From Lama guanicoe (taxonomy: Eukaryota): DNA of 64,000 bases. The DNA is taken from the NCBI GenBank assembly GCA_013239625.1, contig MU053561.1, positions 4,695,214 through 4,759,213 of the forward strand. The letters are read 5' to 3'. A program made the translations under genes and the position numbers. The notes beneath the pieces are model-generated. The model was not told the DNA's origin and ran no database searches. It was given only the letters and a program-made list of their open reading frames with translations. Shown here in pieces: positions 13,688 through 26,547 of the stretch; the stretch's first letter is position 1, and each line of letters opens with the position of its first letter.

Positions 13688-14252
13688 TTGAGGGGTCCCT
13701 GTGACCACCCTCAGATTCAGTGATTTGCTGGAAGGACTCACAGAATTAAGAAAAACTGTTATGCTCATAGTTGCATTTTATTACAGTGAAAGGATGCAGA
13801 TTAAAATTAGCAGAGAGAAAAAGTGCATGGTGTAAAGTCCAGGAGAAAGCAGATGCAAGCTCCCAGGTATCTCCTTGCGGTGGAGTTGCACAGGGAGATA
13901 TTTCAGTCTTCCAGTTACAGTATCTGACAACATGCAGGAGTATTGCCAAGCAGGGACGTGTACCTGAGCCTCTGTGTCTGGGGTTTTTATTGGGGAATCA
14001 GTCACATAGGGGTGCAGCCTCCACAGAACTGATACCACCTACTTGGACTCCAGCTCACCCCAAAAGTCAAACTGAATACAGATGACCCAAGGCCTTAGGC
14101 AAACAAGAACACTTTTATCAGGCATAATATTGCATGGGTTCAGAGATCATCTCTCATGAGCCAGTCAAGGGCCGATATTGAAGACAGGCCTTCTTTAGGA
14201 ATTTGTAGGGTTTAGGGAACCCAGGCCAACCAAGTAAACTCTTTCTTGTACC
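13688..14252 (-). mobile_element. Solo ERVL LTR (MER77/MER21-like)
   Basis: Homologous blocks shared with 23329-23970 (gaccaccctcagattcagtgatttgct...; cacttttatcaggca). Subfamily from recall. Confidence 0.7.
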
Positions 14253-15034
14253 CTAGTAAATGCATGTTGATTCTTCAAGACCATGTGTAAGTGCCACCTC
14301 TTCAGTGAAAACTTACCTTATTCACTGTAAGAAGTTAGTTACTCATGTATTTTTGCCCCTAAATTACTTATCTCCTTTGTAGTTATACTTTTGTTTCTTG
14401 AACAGGTGTAAATCATGCCGTCTCAGATACAAAAATATATATAATCATTGTCCTCTTTCTCCTGACCATACTGTTTCTTCGTTTAATTTGAAAAATTGTT
14501 TTTGTGCATTTCCTTTGAGCAAGATGCATTTTGTATTATAAAAACTATTTTGCTTTCAAATATATAATTGTAAATTTGAATTTGTTTTAACATTGTATAT
14601 ATATCTGTTGAGTGATATTCCTACTTTTAGCCATGACTTTTTTTTTTTTCCCATTACAGTTCTATACAAGGTTCTGTAGTTTGTATGCGTACAACTCTTT
14701 GGAACTCTGTTTATATCCTTGTCTTTGTATAGTGCGTCCTATCGTTGTGCATGGAATAACTAAAAATTACATACTAGTCTTGAACACTTTCTTAAAAGTA
14801 AGAGCTGTATCATTTAAGTTATATCCTCAACTTTATGGCTGACAATAGTAGTCAGTTTGTTGTGTCGACTATGGTGCTTTTTTCTAGTTCTTAACTGTAA
14901 CTTCCATATGTTACCTCAGCATGTTTATCTGTCCTGATAGATGCTAGAACACTAGCAGGTTAAGTCACAGATGATCTTTCTTCTCACATTAACTTAAATT
15001 TAAGCAGTTCTAAACCAAGTTAGAATTTATAAGA

Positions 15035-15535
15035 TGATAGATTGTGTTTTTCTTTTGGTGCTGTAACAGAATTGCCATACATTTAAGAATCTTAAAACAA
15101 CACACATTTTATTCTTTTGCTGTTCTTGGAGGTTCAGGTTTTTGAAACCAGTTTTACTGGCTAGAGTCAAAGTGTTGGCAGGTCTGGTTCCTTCTGGAGG
15201 CTCTGAGGAGAAAATCCATTTTCTTGTCTTTTTCAGCTTATTGCAACCACCTGTATTCCTTGACTTGTCTCCGTCTCCAGAGCATATTATTCTAACCTTG
15301 TCTTTCCTTATCAATTGCCTCTTCTTCTGTAGTCGAATTTTTATTTCCCTCTCTCTTCCTGGACCACTTGTGATGACATTTAGGGCCTATGAAATAATCC
15401 AGGACAGCATTCTCATCTCAGGAGCCTTAATTTGATCACATCTGCAGAATCCTCTTTGCCTTATAGAGTGAATCAGGTTTTTTAAGGATTAGGACCTGGA
15501 TATCGTTGGGGGCCATTATTCAGCCAACCAACTAC
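15035..15535. mobile_element. MLT1-type MaLR LTR
   Basis: gctgtaaca...cttaaaacaacac...tctggaggctctgaggagaaaatcc...ggggccattattcagcc. Confidence 0.75.
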
Positions 15536-15779
15536 ATATTGTAATAAAGAAGCACCTTGAAATTTTTTGCATATTAATGCTGTTTTCTTTTCCTAAATAG
15601 GCTATCATTTTTCCCCAAAGGAATATACCTCAGTGGAATAACTTATTTTACTCAGCTCTTAATGCTTTTTTCTTTGTTCTCGCCTATAGCATTTGAGTGG
15701 ATAGGTTACATACAGGCATCATGTACAATTGCCTTATTTTTCCTTGAAGGATATTTCTTAATGTCGTTTTGTGTTGTAG

Positions 15780-15898
15780 TTGGTGTAATACGGTGCCCAG
15801 TATGCCGCCAAGAATGCAGACAGATAGACCTTGTGGATAATTATTTTGTGAAAGATACATCTGAAGCTCCTAGCAGTTCTGACGAGAAATCAGAACAG
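15780..15898 (+). CDS. TRIM33: TRIM33 coding exon (exon 2, 119 bp): RING C-terminal part and linker
   Basis: Acceptor ...gtgttgtag| and donor CAG|gtatgt. Translates (V)[39 protein letters not shown], which I recognise as TIF1-gamma. Phase 1 to 0. Confidence 0.98.
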
Positions 15899-16320
15899 GT
15901 ATGTTTCTCAATTTTGCTTTATATTCCTATCTTGATAATCAAAATGTGAATTAGAAGAAAAACATGTTTGGATTGTTACATAATTTAGGGTAGTTCTGCC
16001 TTAGTTTCATCTTTCAAATTGAAAATGAAGGATATCTTTATTCTACACCCTCAGACCTGGTTAAATGAGACAAAAAGTCATTACCTAAAAATTCAAATCT
16101 TACGTGGACTTTGTGTTCTGAGACTTAGATTCTTGCCCACCTGAATGTTTGATCTGAAGGGGAAAGAATTTTGTTGAAGATAAATGGATAACAAAATAAT
16201 TTTATTCTAGGTACAAGGCATTGGTATATTTGAGAGCAACTTGGAATATTTTCACCTTTTAATTTTGTGGATCTATATTTTGTAAATTTAATGTAGATTA
16301 GTATTTATTTCCTCCTTTAG

Positions 16321-16518
<198 letters not shown>

Positions 16519-16622
16519 TAACATTTCTACTTATCTTTATAAGCTTTTGATACCAATAAGAATTTAGAAGGTTAGACAGAAATTTGGTTTGGTTTAAAAA
16601 TGTATGTTTTATTGTACTGCAG

Positions 16623-16755
16623 AGTCTGTTGGAGCATCTGGTCAGCGCCCTGTTTTCTGCCCTGTACACAAACAAGAACAGTTGAAACTTTTCTGTGAAA
16701 CATGTGATAGACTGACGTGTAGAGACTGTCAGCTGTTGGAACACAAAGAACATAG
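16623..16755 (+). CDS. TRIM33: TRIM33 coding exon (exon 4, 133 bp): B-box 2
   Basis: tactgcag| ... TAG|gtacag. Translates (E)[43 protein letters not shown](R). Phase 1 to 2. Confidence 0.98.
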
Positions 16756-19700
16756 GTACAGAAATCATAATTGCTTATTAAGTATTATTAAAAGTTCTTG
16801 TAAAATTAAGTATTTTTCCTAAAGCAGATATTTATCATAATTTTTTTAGCATTTAAAAATTTTCAGCTTTGTGTATTTTATTTACTAATGCAAGATATGT
16901 TTTTGATAAGTTATTTAATGGTTTCCATATTTGTGTCTAATTGTCTTATGAATATTTGTTGAAAATGTATCAGTACATGGATTTGGGTTGCAAGAATGGA
17001 ATTGTATTATTTCTTTGTGTTCAATGCCTCTGGTTCAAATACACTTTTTTCAAGTATACTGTGGGATTTAGACTGTGGGCTGTCATCTTAAAAGGTAATA
17101 TTTCCATGGGTATGGCTAACTGATACCCATTGTAACATCAAAACATAAATATACCGATCATGTTAGATACACAGTTTATAGAAAAACTAGGGATTTATAA
17201 GCATCTGAATAAGCATAGTTGCTAATTCATTGCTACACAGTTTTGTATTTCAACCCTCTTTACCCTCAGAATGCAGTAGTATTCACTTATCACCAGCCTG
17301 TTACATCTGAACTGTTCTGAAAACTATTGAAATTTCTAGTCAGGTGTTAAGTTGGATTAACCACACCTAAACGTATTAACTAAAGGATGTCTTAGAGCTT
17401 TTAGTTTGTTAGAGTCATTGGAATTCATTAGAATCCTCTTTAAGAAAAGGGTACATGAATCCTATCTGCTAACAATTATTGCATCTGTAGTTTGTGTTAG
17501 GCACTTTTCTGAATGCTGCTTGCTCATTTAATTCACACCAACCACCCATGAAGTGTTGGTACTGGTATCCTTACTGTTTGAAGGTGAGCCAGCCTACTCA
17601 CAGAAAGCTTTTTAGCAAGCTGTACAAGGTGTCACCATAAGTGGTAGATCCAGGATTTGAACACAGGCAGTTGGACTCCAGATCTGTTTTCGCCTGTGTG
17701 CTCGTTTTCTCCCATGTGGTATTCAGAATATAGAATATGGTGTATGGAATTGCTCACACTTGACCACATAAAATTAATGCTTTTTTCTTTTTCTAGGCAC
17801 CTCTCACTGTTTACAGAACATTTGTGTAGAAGTGCTACTTTAAACTTTTGTACCTTTGTTACAAAATGTTCATCTTACTTGCAAATTGACTCATGTTTTA
17901 CTTGAGGTGACTAATCTTGTGGATGCCTTCAGCTCAGGGCCAGATCTTACCCTTGTGTTGTAATAAATCTCAGTAAGACATTAAATTACTTTCTCACAGC
18001 TGCAGTTGAATCTTTGAGCATTTAGATTTCTTATGGCCCTTTAAATTGATGGTGTGAAGCAAAAAGAATAGGAACATGGCATCCTCTTTCCTGTGAAAGA
18101 ATAGGTTCAACCACCCCTCTCTCAAAGTTTAACTGTGATTCATTCCTTCCCTTTCCTTCACCACTTTCTTTTACCACTTATATTGAAGTACTAGTTACCT
18201 TTTGAATGTTCCTCCCTTTTCTTTAGTTCACACTTTAAATTTTTCCTGAATAGGCTACTGCAGAACCAGTGTCATTGGACATAAAAGCCTAAGTTCCTAT
18301 TACTAAAACACATTTACAGCTAGTCTCTGTGCTTTGAGTTTTCCGTTGTCAAATTCATTCTGTTTACATTGCTGCCAGTATCATTTGGCTAATGTATAGC
18401 TGTGCCCTACCCCACCCCCTTTAAAAGCACTCTTCAGTGATACCCTGTAGTCAGAGTTTAAAGTGTTCAGGATAGCATACATTATTGAATCTTACCAAAC
18501 TCTTTCTCTTTATCATCTGTATGAAGTTAAGAAACAGTCCACATGATCACCCTCTCTTCAACATCAAGTGCGGAGTTCAGTAAAAACCTGAACATAGGGG
18601 ATAACAGCATACAGTCCAGCTCATTGATATGATTTGTTATTACCTTCTTCAGTTAGAGTGATGGTCTTCTAAACAGAATGCTGTCTGTTCACCTTAGAAC
18701 TACCATCTGTAAACCAGGCTGTTTATAGGGCACCACTTATGTGATCATAGCATTCAGCATCTCCTCAGGTGGTTTCAAAGTCAGATTTAGGAGAAAAGAG
18801 GCCAGCTACTTGCTCATACATACAATAAATAGATACCTCTTTGCATCTTCCTGGTTGCATGTTCCTGTACAAACCATCTCTGTTTACATGGAACTCTGCT
18901 GGCTGTATAACTCTTCTTATTAGAGTATTCCTCTATCACCCAAAACATTATGAGCCAGGTTTTAGGGTTATTTTATGTCCTTCAGTTACAGAGTCTGTCT
19001 TAATGCCAAGTGGCAAGTTAGTAATTTTCTCTTAAATGATATAAATTTTATTACGGCATCCAGAAATGTTCTGGTCAGAAATTCTGGTGGGTCTTTTCTA
19101 AGTGACACTCGGAGGTTTTTGCCATAAGTTTCAGTCTGCAGAAGAATGTGCTGCCAATACTATAAAATCGTGTCTGAGTGTGGATCACAGGGACCCAAAA
19201 GCGTCAAGAGAGATACTGCTTTTTGCATTTCAAACATGGCCTGGTTTTGTTCAGGCCCCCATTCAAATGCAACCTTCTTTTGGGAAGTTGTATTGATCGG
19301 TGCTGGTAATATTCCTAGATGTGGAATATGTGTTCTTTAAAATTCAGATATACCAACCAAATGTTAGGCTTCTGGTTTAGTTCTGGGGGTAGGTGGCAAA
19401 AGCAGTTGGTTTTTTTTTTTTTTTTTCACATGTTGAATTTCAAGGATATCACCTGCCTGTATCACTCCTAAGAATTTCACCAGTTTGGGCAGGTCCTTCA
19501 GCCTTTGTTGTATTTAGCAATAGCCTCTGTTGGTCACGTGTGTCACCATTGCAGTTAAGTCAGTCCTACCTTTGTCTTTAGTTTCTGCTATTGATATGAA
19601 ATCAGTATAGTGTTTGATTATTATACTCAGGACCTGCATTAAGTCTGAATCCCTTCTAACCAAATTATACCAGTAAGCTGGTAAATTGAAATAACCCTGT

Positions 19701-20254
19701 GGCAGTATAATAAATATAAACTAGGATCCTTCCACATGAAGGAAAAATATTGTTGGCTCCTTTTCAGCGTTAAAGAAAAAAAAATTGCAGGTTCAGTCAC
19801 TGAGTCCCAGTCTTTTTTAGCCTGCTGTATATATATTTTTTGTACTGTGGAACCCATATCAAAGACTGCTGATGCTATGGTGGCACAACTTTATTCAAAC
19901 TTTAATAGTCTGCAGTTATTCTTGATGAGCCATTTACTTTTTTCACAGGGTACACATGGTTATTGTACAGAGAATTCATTGATGCTAGCACTCCAGCTTT
20001 AATTTGTCATTAAAGTCAAAATCTCTTGGTCATTCAGGTATCCTATACTGTCTCAAATTAACTTCTATGGACTTGGACAGTTTTAGTGGTTCTTATTTAG
20101 CATGTCTAATCAAGACTAGCCTTAGGGTGAACTTATGTCTTCTCTTTTATAATACCAGTCAGACCTAATATCCATTTCAATAATATATTCACATAAAGGA
20201 GAGATATAACTATTTCATAAAGTCTGTTCATATATTTGAACTTTCTCCCCCCTC

Positions 20255-21220
20255 TTTTTTATTGAAGTATAGTCAGTTTACAGTGTTGTGTCAATCTCTG
20301 GTGTACAGCATGTCTTAGTCATACATGCACATATATTCGTTTTGGTATTCTTTTTCATTATAAGTTACTACAAGATACTGAATATAGTTCCCTGTGCTAT
20401 GCAGTATAAATCTGTTGTTTATTGATTTTATATGTAGTAGTTAGTATCTGCAAATCTCAAACTACCAGTTTATCCCTCCCCACTCCGCTTCCCCCAGTGG
20501 TAACCATAAATTTGTTCTCTGTCTGTGAATCTGTTTCTGTTTTGTAAGTTCATTTGTGTCTTTTTTTTAGATTCCACATACAAGCGATATCATATGGTAT
20601 TTTTCTTTCTCTTTCTGGCCTACTTCACTTAGAATGACAGTCTCCAGGTTCATCTTTGTTGCTGCAAATGGCATTATTCTTTTTATATATATATATAGCT
20701 GAATAGTATTCCATTGTATAAATATACCACAACTTCTTTATCCAGTTTTCTCTCAATGGACATTTAGCGTATTTCCATGTCCTGGCTATTGTAAATAGTG
20801 CTGCTATGAACATTGGGGTTTATGTATCTTTTCAAATTAGGGTTCCCTCCAGAAATTATGCCCAGGAGTGGGATTGCTGGATCATGTGGTCTACTTTTAG
20901 TTTCTTGAGGAATCTCCATACTGTTTTCCATAATGGCTGCATCAAACTACATTCCCACCAGCAGTGTAGGAGGGCTCCCTTTTCTCCACACTTTCAGCAT
21001 TTATCATTTGTGGACTTTTTAATGATGGCCCTTCTGACTGGTGTGAGATACCTCAATGTAGTTTTTAATTTGCATTTCTCTGAATTAGTGATACTGAGCA
21101 TTTTTTTCATGTGCCTATTGGCCATTTGTATGCCTTCATTGGAAAATTGCTTGTTTAGGTCTGCTGCTCATTTTTGGCTTGGTTGTTTGTTTTTTTTGTT
21201 ATTAAGTTGTATGAGCTGTT
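20255..21220 (-). mobile_element. Young 5'-truncated L1 inserted in the ERV-L
   Basis: T-tract followed by attgaagtatagtcagtttac. The ORF at 20625..20813 ([13 protein letters not shown]...) is the L1 ORF2 C-terminus. Confidence 0.9.
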
Positions 21221-22264
21221 CCAACTTTCATCCAAACTTTAACCTTAATCCTATCAACTATCCCTCTCGTCCCAGTCTAACCTTAGCCCCCATTAGACCT
21301 TCAATAGGTTTTAGAGTCTCAGAGCATTGGGCTCCCATGCCAAGGAGTCCCAGAAGTGTCTCTTATCACATCCCCCCCACCCCCGGCTATTTTACCCACA
21401 CAAGTGCATATTGCCTTGGCTTCTTCAGCTGAGGTTTGAGCCAGAAGACCCTGGTCTCTCCTTCAGTCTTCAGTTTGATTAATCTATGAAACAGTCTCTC
21501 CAGGCAATGCAAGGTCAGGTTTCTCATTATCATCTTTGCCCTCCAGCTTTTACAACTTCTTGGTCCTGGGATAAATACAGCAGAGTTGTTTCGTGCCCTT
21601 TAATGTTGAGGACCAACATTGGCTCCCTTTGGTCCACCCAACCTCTAGGAGCGCTGCATTAAGATCTTTGTTTTAACCCCATCAATGTCTGCTTTATTCA
21701 TCCTCTCTCTCTTTTTTTTTTTTTAAAAAAAAACAGCCATCTAAAGATTTCCTTCCTGCTGGTATAAAACCCTTGACTCTCCCCTTTATCTTTTCCTATT
21801 TTCTCATGAATTACTCTTAATTTTCTTAGCATCTGTAAGGCCCATAAAGCTGAGACAGTAAACCTGATAGATAAGGCTTCTCAGATTGTTGCTAGATTTT
21901 GCAGAAGTAAAATTACTTGGAGGTGCCCATGTAAAAGGGTCCTCCTTAATCATACTGTTTACCTTGACCTTGGTAAAAGGCATGCTCAGTAGATGAATAT
22001 CCTGATCTTCATAATGCTAATCTGGCATGGCTTGTGTGAGAAGTATATCAGCCAGTTCTTCTGGGGAGTTCCATTTAGCACCTGTATGAGATGGATAGTC
22101 ACCTGTCTGATGGTAAACAGTCTTTACAGGGGCTTTTATCTAGTTCACCAGGCTGTCTGTCCCCATGGGAATGACCTGCTGTGTGTCTAGATTATATATG
22201 GATTATGTACAGTGGTAGTGAGCTGCGCATCCTGCATCAACTCAAACATTGCTCTTCTATTCTG

Positions 22265-22745
22265 CAGCATTCACAATGGTACAGTATCCAAAAAGTGGAA
22301 ACAATTCAAATGTCCATCAACTGATGGATAAATAAAAGTGGTCTAAACATATAATAGAATATTATTTGTCAATAAAAAGGAGTAATTACTGATACATGGT
22401 ACAGCATAGTAAACCTGGAAAACATTTTATGCTAAGTGAAAAAAGCCAGTCAACGAAGACCATGTATTGTATGATTCCATATGCAGGTTCCAGAATAGGC
22501 AAATCCACAGAGACAGAAAGTAGATTAGCGGTTGCTTACACCTGGGGTGGAGTTGGGGAAATGAGGAATGACTGCAAATGTATACAGGGTTTCTCTTGCA
22601 GAGGATTAAAATGTTCTAAAATTGATCGTAGTAATGGTTATACAACTGGGAATATTCTCAAAACCACTGAATTTTAATTTTTAATAGGTGAATTGTGTGG
22701 TACATAAATTATACCTCAATAAAGCTGTTATAATATTAAAAAGAT
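22265..22745 (+). mobile_element. Older L1 3'-end fragment (L1MB/MC-like) inserted in the ERV-L
   Basis: aaaagtggaaacaattcaaatgtccatcaactgatggataaa...tacctcaataaagctg. Confidence 0.8.
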
Positions 22746-23306
22746 ACTGCTTCTACATAATTAGTCTCACAATATTTTAGTAGAGGTTTTTTTCAGGAAG
22801 CATACAGTGAGACAGTTCCTTTGCATTGTACTTCCTGGTTTTATCAGTTTCTTGATTTTGTCTTTCCTCAACCTGAATTACATTGTGACTGGAAGTTTTT
22901 GAGGTGCTGTCTTCTTTCTCAGCACAGTTTTCCACCTTGGAATGGCCCTGAGGCTAGTGGCCATAGTTCAGACTGGCTGACACTGAGCTTTGCCCAGTGT
23001 CAGGTTCTGTCCCAACACATTCTTCATTTTAGCTACTACAGATTACAATAACCAAGGAATTGTTTAATGAACTTATTTCTTAATTAGTTTGTATTTCCTT
23101 GTTTATCCAATGACTCAACTCCTATGGTGTTGGGTCTACCATTTCTAAATTCTGTTGGTAACTTTTACCTCTAGTAATTGCATTTGCAGTTACATACCAT
23201 GAGTGACTAGAAAGGTAGTCATCCAGGAATCAAAGATTCATAACATCTGTCTTTTTTTCCTTCCTCTTCTCAACCACATGTTTCAGTGAGTCAGGGTCAT
23301 TTTAGT

Positions 23307-23326
23307 GAATCCCACTTTTGATGCCA
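23307..23326 (-). other. tRNA-Leu primer-binding site of the ERV-L provirus
   Basis: Minus strand TGGCATCAAAAGTGGGATTC matches PBS-Leu TGGTGTCAGAAGTGGGATTC at 17/20, 2 nt after the terminal CA of the LTR. Confidence 0.8.
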
Positions 23327-23328
23327 AC

Positions 23329-23970
23329 TGCTTTTTAGGGAACAATTCACAGGTCTCCTCTCACTTCTGATACCAACTGCAGAATATGGTGATCCCCAAA
23401 ACCATACTCACTTCTCACAGTTCACTTGAAAGTTCAGAATTTCCCAAGACTACCCTCAGATACAGTAATTTGCTAGGACTCACTGAAAGCTATGTACTGA
23501 CAGTTAATGTTTATTACAGTGAAAGGATATGGATTAAAATCATCCAAGGGAACAATGCATGTGGCAGAGTCTAGGAGAGTTCTAAATGTGGAGCTTCCAA
23601 TTGTCTTTTCTCAGTGTAATTCTGGATGTAGCTGACTCTTAGCAATGATATGTGACAGCATGAACAGAATATTGCCAGCCAAGGCGTCCTGCATGAGCCT
23701 TGGTGTCCAGAATTTTTATTGGAGCTCTGCATTGTAGATACAGTTCACTGTCCAGTTGACTGACCTGTCTCCAGACTCTCCTGAGGTTGAGCTAATACTC
23801 TGTAACCCGAAGACCCTACTGTAAATCATATTAGCCTGTGGCCTAAGGCCCCAAGTAAACAAAAACATTTTTATCAGGCAGAACATTTCAAGGGCTTAGA
23901 GATGCCTTCCTAGCAGCTGAGGGTAAAGGCCACACTTCTCTTTGGGCAAGGCTAAATTCTTAACTACACA
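23329..23970 (-). mobile_element. MER21-family ERVL LTR (5' LTR of the adjacent provirus)
   Basis: Minus strand begins TGTGTAGTTAAGAATTTAGCCTTGCCCAAAGAG and ends CA next to the PBS. It shares the ...ttattacagtgaaaggat... block with the LTR at 13690. Family assignment is from recall. Confidence 0.75.
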
Positions 23971-24263
23971 ATCTGTTATCTCCTATTTGCACTCTTACAG
24001 TAGGAAACCTTCTGTTTTAAACTTCTCTGCCTTTACTAATGCTGTTTCTTAACTTACGGAACACTGTCAAGAGAACTATTTAACCTTAAAGCCAGTTCAT
24101 TTCTGTGTGTTTTCTTTCCTTATACCTTTGTTCCATCTAACCCATCCCATTTCCCTGTCTGGACTTAACGGCTTTTTAGGGCTAGTTCTTTAAGGGGCTC
24201 AGATTCTCACATGCTTATTGATAAAGTTGAATTTCCCACCTCTTGAGTCACTCATGCAATTGT

Positions 24264-24504
24264 TTTTTTTGTTTGTTTGTTTTTCTGGAGGCATTTGACT
24301 TCGGGTTCTGGTTATTTCTGCAGCAACTGCAGCTCTTTTTTTTTTAATTTTTTTTTTATTGAAGTATAGTCGGTTTACAATGTTGTATCAATTTCTGGTG
24401 TACAGCACAGTATCAGTCATATAGTAACATACATATTCTTTTTAACCATAAGTTACTACAAGATATTGAATATAGTTCCCTGTGCTATACAGTATAAACT
24501 TCTT
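24264..24504 (-). mobile_element. Short L1 3' end plus a 51-nt 3' transduction, with a perfect 14-bp TSD
   Basis: TSD ACTCATGCAATTGT at 24250-24263 and 24505-24518. Two T-tracts are separated by unique sequence at 24285-24335. Confidence 0.85.
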
Positions 24505-26499
24505 ACTCATGCAATTGTGATAATTTATATTTTCTTAGAAAATCATCTATTTAATAGAGATTTTAAAAACATATTACTTAGAAATAAGCAGACTGTTAAG
24601 ATTTTATAAAAACTTGTGGTTATATCTCTGTCTTGTTTATAATGTTGAATAGCTGAGTTATTTCCTTATTCTTTATTAGCCTAGCCATAGATTTGAGTCT
24701 TTTATCTTTCATTTTAGTGATCTAGTTTTTGAAGTCGTTTATTTTTTTGAAGTATTCCAATTCTCACAGTTCTCTTTTATCTTCTTTTTTTTTTTCAAGA
24801 TTCTTATGTTGAATCTTCATTCCATTAAAAACATGTGAATTTTCCTTTGGTTAAAATTTAACCTTATTCCATAATTATTATTGACTTATACACTCTATAA
24901 TTATAGTTCTGCATCCCCCTGCACCCCTTTTAAGACGATTGCTACATAGTATAGTGATACAGATGATGAACTGTGGTGAGCGTGCTTGTATATCTTACAA
25001 AACGCAGTACCAACCTTATAAGGTGGCTGTGAGGGTTTAGTTGAGAATTGTCACTATAAAATGCTTAGCACAGTAAGTACTCTATAACAGTCTAACTATA
25101 GTTACTAACATTGTGACCTACACATTTTTCTCTTAAAAAAAAAAAAACTCTATTGAGGTCTTGGTTTTCTTAATGGCCTTGGAAGTTTTCAAAAAAGGAA
25201 AGCGTCTATAGAACTTTGTGAAATTTTGTACCTCAGAACACTACATAGTTTCTAGCTAAACCATAGGGTTATCCCCCCTCCCTCTAGTAAATAAATTTAA
25301 AAAGTATAGACTTAATTAAGGAAGAGATGTCAATAGAGATTTGTTAGTTTTTCAAAACAAGGGAAATTGATTAATATTTGTTGGACCTGATAATTGACCT
25401 ACTAGAGTTGAATGAGCTACAACCCAAGGGCATGCAAATGAGGTAAAAATGAAGCCATTTTCTTTATTTCCCAGACACCTATGTGGTTCAGGATCTAGAG
25501 GTGATAAGTATGACAAAAGTAGGGCTTATTCTCTAAGATCAGAGACTCTGGACTTGGAGAAATTAGGCCCAGATGGAGGGTGAGTATAAGGTACTTTACT
25601 GAAATTAGGGAGAATAAATGTAAATCTACACTCTAAACTGTGAGACCTTCACTTCTCCCAGCTTGCTTCCAGATTGCCTGTAATGACACTTTTCTGTTTC
25701 ACTGTTCTTCACTACCCTGTTTCCTGGAATTAGAGGCCTTTTCATGCTCTAGAGAAAGTGAATAATTAGAAGAGGCCTCTTAATGTTGCCATTTGAGGTT
25801 CATTTTGATTTAAAAAATTGCCTTACAGTGAAGCCCATCAGTTCTTAAGTTCTGCTCGCTCTCACATGATTCTAAGCAGTTTTAAAGTACATTGAAATAT
25901 GAATGAATGGAAGTATCATCTGACATTCTGAGGAGAACCACTGTCATATGCCATATGCCATACATTGTGGGATAGTTGAGAATACTCAACTTATATCTCT
26001 CTTGTCTAGTTTCAAATATAGAAACTAGAAAAGCTATTTCCTTTCTCAGCATTCCTGGCATTATGGTAGTTCTGATCCACAGTTTATACCCCAAAAATAT
26101 AAGTTAGAATTCTGCTTAATAGGTGATTTTCAGAAAGTTTTTATGTTCGTGATAAATAGGACAAATGTTGCTCAGGTCAGCCTTTTTCTTCCTTTTTTCC
26201 TTCATTGAATTTGTATTTGATGCCTAGAACTCTGACACCATTATCTGCTCATGAGGGTAAAGCTGAGATCATCTCAGGTACTCTTAATTTGATGTTGTTG
26301 AACTAACACCATCAACTGCCTGCAGAGCCACTGTTAGTCACTACAGCTGTGCATGTTTCTGATTGACACAGCCACCCATATAAAAGGGCATGAAAGGACA
26401 TAAGATTATATAGGAACAAAAGGAAATATAAAGTCAAAATTATGATGTTCTAAAAAATATGACAAGCTATTGGTCACAAATTAAAGACAATCTACAAAA

Positions 26500-26511
26500 G
26501 AAGTATTCCAT

Positions 26512-26547
<36 letters not shown>

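Larger units (their letters stand above)
18510..23328 (-). mobile_element. Degraded class III (ERV-L-like) endogenous retrovirus internal region (gag-pol), interrupted by two L1 fragments
   Basis: Minus-strand translation shows RT motifs NSLYNNHVYPVKKVNGSSRITADY*SLNKVV (~19880-19975), ILPQGYFNLP (~19680-19710), KHYTDFI (YxDD remnant, ~19595-19620), HIPHLGILPAPI...FEWGPEQNQA (~19240-19335) and RNase H AWFTDGSS (18696-18719). A gag-like stretch EIFRWL...NKADIDGVKTKIL lies at ~21660-21750. Many stops and frameshifts. Confidence 0.88.

Noticed and set aside
13688..14252. Possible 3' LTR of the provirus at 18510-23970
   Set aside because: Conserved TRIM33 exons 2-4 lie between them and the LTR termini differ, so it is an independent solo LTR.
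21220..21310. C/A-rich stretch resembling a mitochondrial insertion (NUMT)
   Set aside because: No mitochondrial gene was recognisable. It lies within the minus-strand ERV-L gag/pro region.
20806..21432. 208-aa ORF, the longest in the track
   Set aside because: It is the antisense reading of an L1 3' fragment running into ERV-L sequence. It has no domain and is a chance ORF.
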